DNA of 64,000 nucleotides from an uncultured Ruficoccus sp. (GTDB lineage Bacteria; Verrucomicrobiota; Verrucomicrobiia; Opitutales; Cerasicoccaceae): NCBI GenBank assembly GCA_965140785.1, contig OZ223505.1, positions 121,018 to 185,017 of the forward strand, read 5' to 3'. Shown piece by piece: positions 59,667 to 64,000 of this stretch (position 1 is its first letter; each line of letters starts with the position of its first letter). The notes under the pieces were generated by a model. It saw only the letters and a program-made list of their open reading frames with translations, ran no database searches and was not told where the DNA came from. The position numbers and the translations under genes were made by a program.

Positions 59667-61088
59667 ATGAAGCTGCTAGAAAAATCCAGGCTTGCACGAG
59701 GGGAGCGGTTGGCCTTGCTCGTTGCTGTGTCTCTCATGCTCGCCGGTTGCGGCGGTGATGCTCCGCAGGAGAAGAAGTCACAGGCCCGGACCGTGACTGC
59801 GGCTACCGTCGAGGCCAAGGATGTGCCGCTTTACTATGATACGCTGGGCAAAACGACCTCGCTCGAGAGCGTCAGCATCGTCTCCCAGGTGGACGGGCAG
59901 ATCATGGAGATCCACTTCGAGCAGGGCACGATTGTGGAGGAGGGCGACTTGCTCTATACGATTTTTCAGCCGCCTTACGAAGCGGCCGTGACTCAGGCCA
60001 AAGGCCGGCTCCAGCAGTCGGTGGCCGCGCTGGAAATCGCCAAGCTCGAGGTCGAGCGCAGCCAGCCGCTGGTACCCCAGAAGCTGGTTTCGGAGCAGAA
60101 TTTCGAGCAGTTGGAGGCCAATGTGATCCAGTTGGAGGGCCAGGTGGAGGAAAACACCGGCGCGCTCGAAGCCGCCCAGGTCAACCTCAACTACTGCACA
60201 ATCACGGCCCCGGTTTCCGGCATGATCGGGATTTATCAGGTCAACCAGGGCAACGTCGTCTCGGCGGCCAGCGACACGCAGTTGACCACGATCCAGCAGA
60301 TGGACCCCATTTACGTGGACTTCATCGTGCCGACCACGGTTTTCCCCCAGTTGCAGAAGTATTTCAGCGAGGCCGACGGCAAGCTGATGATTGAGGTCAG
60401 CTACCTGGACGACAATGACGACAAGACCCAGCTCACCCGTCAGGCGGAGCTGACCATCCTGGGCAACCAGGTCGCGGCCAACACCGGCACGGTCAACCTG
60501 CGTGCCACGATGAAGAACGAGGACTACGCCTTCTGGCCCAACCAGCCCGTTTCTGTGCGCATCATCCTGCAAACCCTGAAGGGGGCCATGGTCGTGCCCG
60601 AGGGCGCGGTGGCCTACGGCCAGCAGGGCTCCTACGCCTTTGTTATCAAGTCCGACAACACCGTCGAGCAGCGCGTCATCAAGGTTGGGCAACTTCAGGA
60701 GGACGGCACCATGGTGGTTAAGGACGGCCTGAAGGAGGGTGAGCGCGTGGTGGTCGAGGGACAGGTCTTCCTCATGCCGGGCAACGAGGTCATCGTCAAA
60801 AGCGACAACCCCAAGAAGAACCGCTTGCCCAAGGAAACGACCGACAAGGTCATCGCCATCCTGAAAAAGTACGACAAGGGCACGCCGGAGCTTTACAAGC
60901 AGATCGAGCAAAGCGGCCAGTTGCCGCTCGACCTGGTCGAGAGTTTGAAAAAGCACGGGAAGCTTTCTACCAAGGAGGCCGCCTTCATTGAATCGCTGGA
61001 AGGCTACGGAGACGCCGGCCTGGGCCCCACCGGCCAAGGCAAGACCGGCCAGGCCCCCGCTTCCTCTCAACAGAAATCCGCTGAGTAA
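59667..61088 (+). CDS. RND efflux periplasmic adaptor subunit (lipoprotein)
   Basis: LAGC lipobox, V.GQI..I.F..G, ITAPVSG.IG, GTV.LRA. Confidence 0.92.
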   Translation: MKLLEKSRLARGERLALLVAVSLMLAGCGGDAPQEKKSQARTVTAATVEAKDVPLYYDTLGKTTSLESVSIVSQVDGQIMEIHFEQGTIVEEGDLLYTIFQPPYEAAVTQAKGRLQQSVAALEIAKLEVERSQPLVPQKLVSEQNFEQLEANVIQLEGQVEENTGALEAAQVNLNYCTITAPVSGMIGIYQVNQGNVVSAASDTQLTTIQQMDPIYVDFIVPTTVFPQLQKYFSEADGKLMIEVSYLDDNDDKTQLTRQAELTILGNQVAANTGTVNLRATMKNEDYAFWPNQPVSVRIILQTLKGAMVVPEGAVAYGQQGSYAFVIKSDNTVEQRVIKVGQLQEDGTMVVKDGLKEGERVVVEGQVFLMPGNEVIVKSDNPKKNRLPKETTDKVIAILKKYDKGTPELYKQIEQSGQLPLDLVESLKKHGKLSTKEAAFIESLEGYGDAGLGPTGQGKTGQAPASSQQKSAE

Positions 61089-61111
61089 ACCTGGGTTCGA
61101 AACCGCGTACT

Positions 61112-64000
61112 ATGGCCTCTATTTCCGAACCCTTCGTCAAACGTCCGGTGATGACGCTGCTGTGCGCGTTGTCGGCCCTGTTGTTTGGTGTCTGGAGCTA
61201 CACGCAGCTTCCCGTCAGCGACCTGCCGGACGTGGACTACCCGGTGATCCAGGTCCAGGCCAGCTATCCGGGCGCCAGCCCCCAGATCATGGCGGCCAAC
61301 GTCGCCTCCCCGCTGGAGCAGCAGTTTTTGCAGATTCAGGGGATCGAGATCATCACCTCTTCCAATACCCAGGGCAACACCAACATCGTCCTGCAGTTTA
61401 ACCTGGACAAGAGCATCGACGCGGCGGCGACGGACGTGCAGTCGGCCATCAACCGCGCTTCCGGCAATTTGCCGCAGGACTTGCCCAGCCCGCCGACCTA
61501 CCAGAAGACCAACCCGAACGAGCAGCCCATTTTTTACATCGGCCTGGCCTCGACCACCATGACCCAGGGCGACCTCTACGACCTGGCCTTCATGCAGGTG
61601 GCTCAGCGCATACAGATCGTCGATGGCGTTTCCCAGGTGGACGTGTACGGCTCCCCGCGGGCGGTGCGGATCGAGCTCGACCCGCAGAAGCTTTACCAGC
61701 GTGGCCTGACTTTTGACCAGATCACCCAGGCCATTCAACAAGGGACGAACACCCTCGGCGCCGGGCAGATCAAGGGCAACGAACTGCAGTTCACCATCCA
61801 GCCCAACGCCCAGCTCGACAAGGCCGAGCAGTACAACGACCTCGTCGTGGCGATCAAGGACGGCCGCCCGATCTTCCTGCGCGATATTGGCGACGCCGTG
61901 GACGGCATCCAGCTCGAGGACCTGAAGATCGACTACTGGCAGGAAGGCGTGCCTGACGGGGCGGCGGTCATCGTGATGGCGGTGCAGAAGGCCGACGGGG
62001 CCAACGCGGTCGAGATTTCCCAGAAGGTGCGCGACCTCTATCCCATGCTGCGCGAGATGATCCCGGACTCGGTCATCATGGAGAACATTTACGACCGCTC
62101 GACCACGATCAAGGCCTCGGTGGACGATGTGCAGGAGACGCTGATTATCGCGTTCGTGCTGGTGTGTCTGGTGATCTTCCTCTTTCTGGGGCGCGCCCGC
62201 GACACGCTGATCCCGGTCGTGGCCCTGCCCATGTCCCTGCTGCTGACGTTCATCGTCATGTACCTGCTGGGTTACACGCTGGACAACCTTTCGCTCATGG
62301 CCCTGACGCTCTCCATTGGCTTCCTGGTGGACGACGCGGTGGTGTTCCTGGAGAACATGGTGCGGCGCATGCAGGACTACGGCGAGTCGCCCCTGCGGGC
62401 CACGCTCAACGGTGCGCGCGAGATCAGCTTTACGATTTTGTCGATGACCTTCTCGCTGGCGGCGGTGTTTATCCCGCTGGTGTTCATGTCGGGGCTGATG
62501 GGGCGCATCTTCCGCGAGTTCGGGGTCACCATCGTGGTGGCGGTGCTCATGTCCGGTCTGGTTTCGCTCACGCTGACGCCGCTGATGTGTGCGCGCATGC
62601 TCAAGCAGCACGACAAGAACAGCCAGACGAAGATGGAGCGGGTCGCCTTCCACCTGGAGGCCTGGTTGCTCAAGCATTACGGCTCGTCGCTGAATTTCTT
62701 CCTCAAACACCGCTGGGTCTCGGCCCTGTTGTGGGTCGCCTGTATGGTCGGGGTGGGCTGGTTCGTCATGATCGTGCCCAAGACCTTTATCCCGATCGGT
62801 GACAGCGGCTTCATTCAGGGAGTCTTTATCGCCAAGTCCGGCGCTTCCCCCGACCTGATGCAGGAGTACCAGAAAAAGGTCAAGGAGGTCATCCGGGGTA
62901 ATCCCTACGTGCGGAACTTCGTCACCGTGACGGGGGTGGGGCAGTTTATCCAGAGTAACTACGGGGTTATGTTCATCTCGCTCATCGACGGGGACCGTCC
63001 GCCTATTCAGGAGGTGAGCGAGATGCTCAACGGCGGGATGGCCTCGGTGCCGGGGATCATCCCGGCGGTGCGCCCTCAGCCCTCACTGGAGATCAGCACC
63101 GGGGCCACCAATACCAACCTCGGGGCCTACGCCTACACGCTTTCCGGTCTGGACACGGACACCATCTACCAGGCCGCCCAGCAACTCCAGGGGGCGATGT
63201 ACCAGAGCGGCCTCTTCGCCAGTGTGCAGAGCGACTTGTATCTGAACAACCCGCAGATCGAGATGAATATCCGCCGCGACCTGGCCTCGGTCTATGGGGT
63301 GACGCCGACGAACTTCGCCACCGTGCTCAAGGACGCCTACTCGCTCAACTACAGCTACCTGATCAAGAGCCCCTTTCTTCAGTATCAGGTAATCGTTGAG
63401 GCCTCGCCGGACTGGCGGGCCAATCCCGACCAGCTCAGCGCCCTTTACATGACCAGCGCGCTCAACCAGAGCCCGTTGTACATCGGCAACTCCAATGACT
63501 TCGTGATCGATAACAGCCTGGTGCCGCTGGATCTGGTGGCCAGCTACGATCAGAATGTCGGCCCGCTGGCGGTCAACCACTTCAACAACTTCAGCTCGGT
63601 CACCCTTTACTACGACCTCAAGCCCGGCGTGCCCATCGGCCAGGCTACCGATTTCATTAACCAGACGGCGGCCAAGGTCGTGCCCGAGGACGTTATGACC
63701 CAGTTCCAGGGGCAGGCGCTGCTTTTCCGCCAGACGGTGATCAGCATGGGCATCATGGCCATCGTGGCCGTCTTTGTCATGTATGTCATCCTCGGCATCC
63801 TGTACGAGAGCTACATCCACCCGATCACGGTGCTGACCTCGCTGCCAGTCGCCATTGTCGGGGGCCTGGGCACCTTGCTCTTGCTCAACCAGACCCTTTC
63901 GATGTATGCCGGGATCGGGATGTTCATGCTCATGGGGATCGTGAAAAAGAACGGGATCATGATGATCGACTTTGCCATCATGCGCCAAGGCGAGGGTCTG
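61112..64000 (+). CDS. RND efflux permease (MdtB/MdtC-like), runs off window edge
   Basis: Manual translation MASISEPFVKRPVMT.., LPVSDLPDVDYPVIQV, GFLVDDAVV.LEN, GIVKKNGIMMIDFA. Not in the ORF track. Confidence 0.93.
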   Translation, partial: MASISEPFVKRPVMTLLCALSALLFGVWSYTQLPVSDLPDVDYPVIQVQASYPGASPQIMAANVASPLEQQFLQIQGIEIITSSNTQGNTNIVLQFNLDKSIDAAATDVQSAINRASGNLPQDLPSPPTYQKTNPNEQPIFYIGLASTTMTQGDLYDLAFMQVAQRIQIVDGVSQVDVYGSPRAVRIELDPQKLYQRGLTFDQITQAIQQGTNTLGAGQIKGNELQFTIQPNAQLDKAEQYNDLVVAIKDGRPIFLRDIGDAVDGIQLEDLKIDYWQEGVPDGAAVIVMAVQKADGANAVEISQKVRDLYPMLREMIPDSVIMENIYDRSTTIKASVDDVQETLIIAFVLVCLVIFLFLGRARDTLIPVVALPMSLLLTFIVMYLLGYTLDNLSLMALTLSIGFLVDDAVVFLENMVRRMQDYGESPLRATLNGAREISFTILSMTFSLAAVFIPLVFMSGLMGRIFREFGVTIVVAVLMSGLVSLTLTPLMCARMLKQHDKNSQTKMERVAFHLEAWLLKHYGSSLNFFLKHRWVSALLWVACMVGVGWFVMIVPKTFIPIGDSGFIQGVFIAKSGASPDLMQEYQKKVKEVIRGNPYVRNFVTVTGVGQFIQSNYGVMFISLIDGDRPPIQEVSEMLNGGMASVPGIIPAVRPQPSLEISTGATNTNLGAYAYTLSGLDTDTIYQAAQQLQGAMYQSGLFASVQSDLYLNNPQIEMNIRRDLASVYGVTPTNFATVLKDAYSLNYSYLIKSPFLQYQVIVEASPDWRANPDQLSALYMTSALNQSPLYIGNSNDFVIDNSLVPLDLVASYDQNVGPLAVNHFNNFSSVTLYYDLKPGVPIGQATDFINQTAAKVVPEDVMTQFQGQALLFRQTVISMGIMAIVAVFVMYVILGILYESYIHPITVLTSLPVAIVGGLGTLLLLNQTLSMYAGIGMFMLMGIVKKNGIMMIDFAIMRQGEGL

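Overview
High-GC bacterial chromosome segment; gene content and style suggest Verrucomicrobiota/Opitutia (inference). Most of it is housekeeping: glnD (partial), pcp, clpS, a hybrid sensor kinase, valS, gcvP/gcvT, a split pta, murJ, msrA, HPr, cls, fabG-acpP-fabF, a desaturase, an exosortase, glgA, a SNF2 helicase, phoU, GH20 plus a MurQ-like gene, nifJ with a DHODH-like partner, and an RND efflux pair. The most striking accessory content is two separate pairs of a CesT-like type III secretion chaperone next to a candidate effector. One effector has a lipase-like fold with Cys at the nucleophile position and six 82-aa repeats. No secretion apparatus genes are present in the window. Also seen: a second ketosynthase-ACP-desaturase mini-cluster, a 168-bp palindromic MITE-like element abutting an IS5 remnant, repeat-derived in-frame insertions in valS, two Pho-box-like sites and two matching sigma28-like promoters. 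Many single-base frameshifts, including two in fabG, point to long-read consensus errors. All family assignments come from reading motifs by eye; no searches were run.
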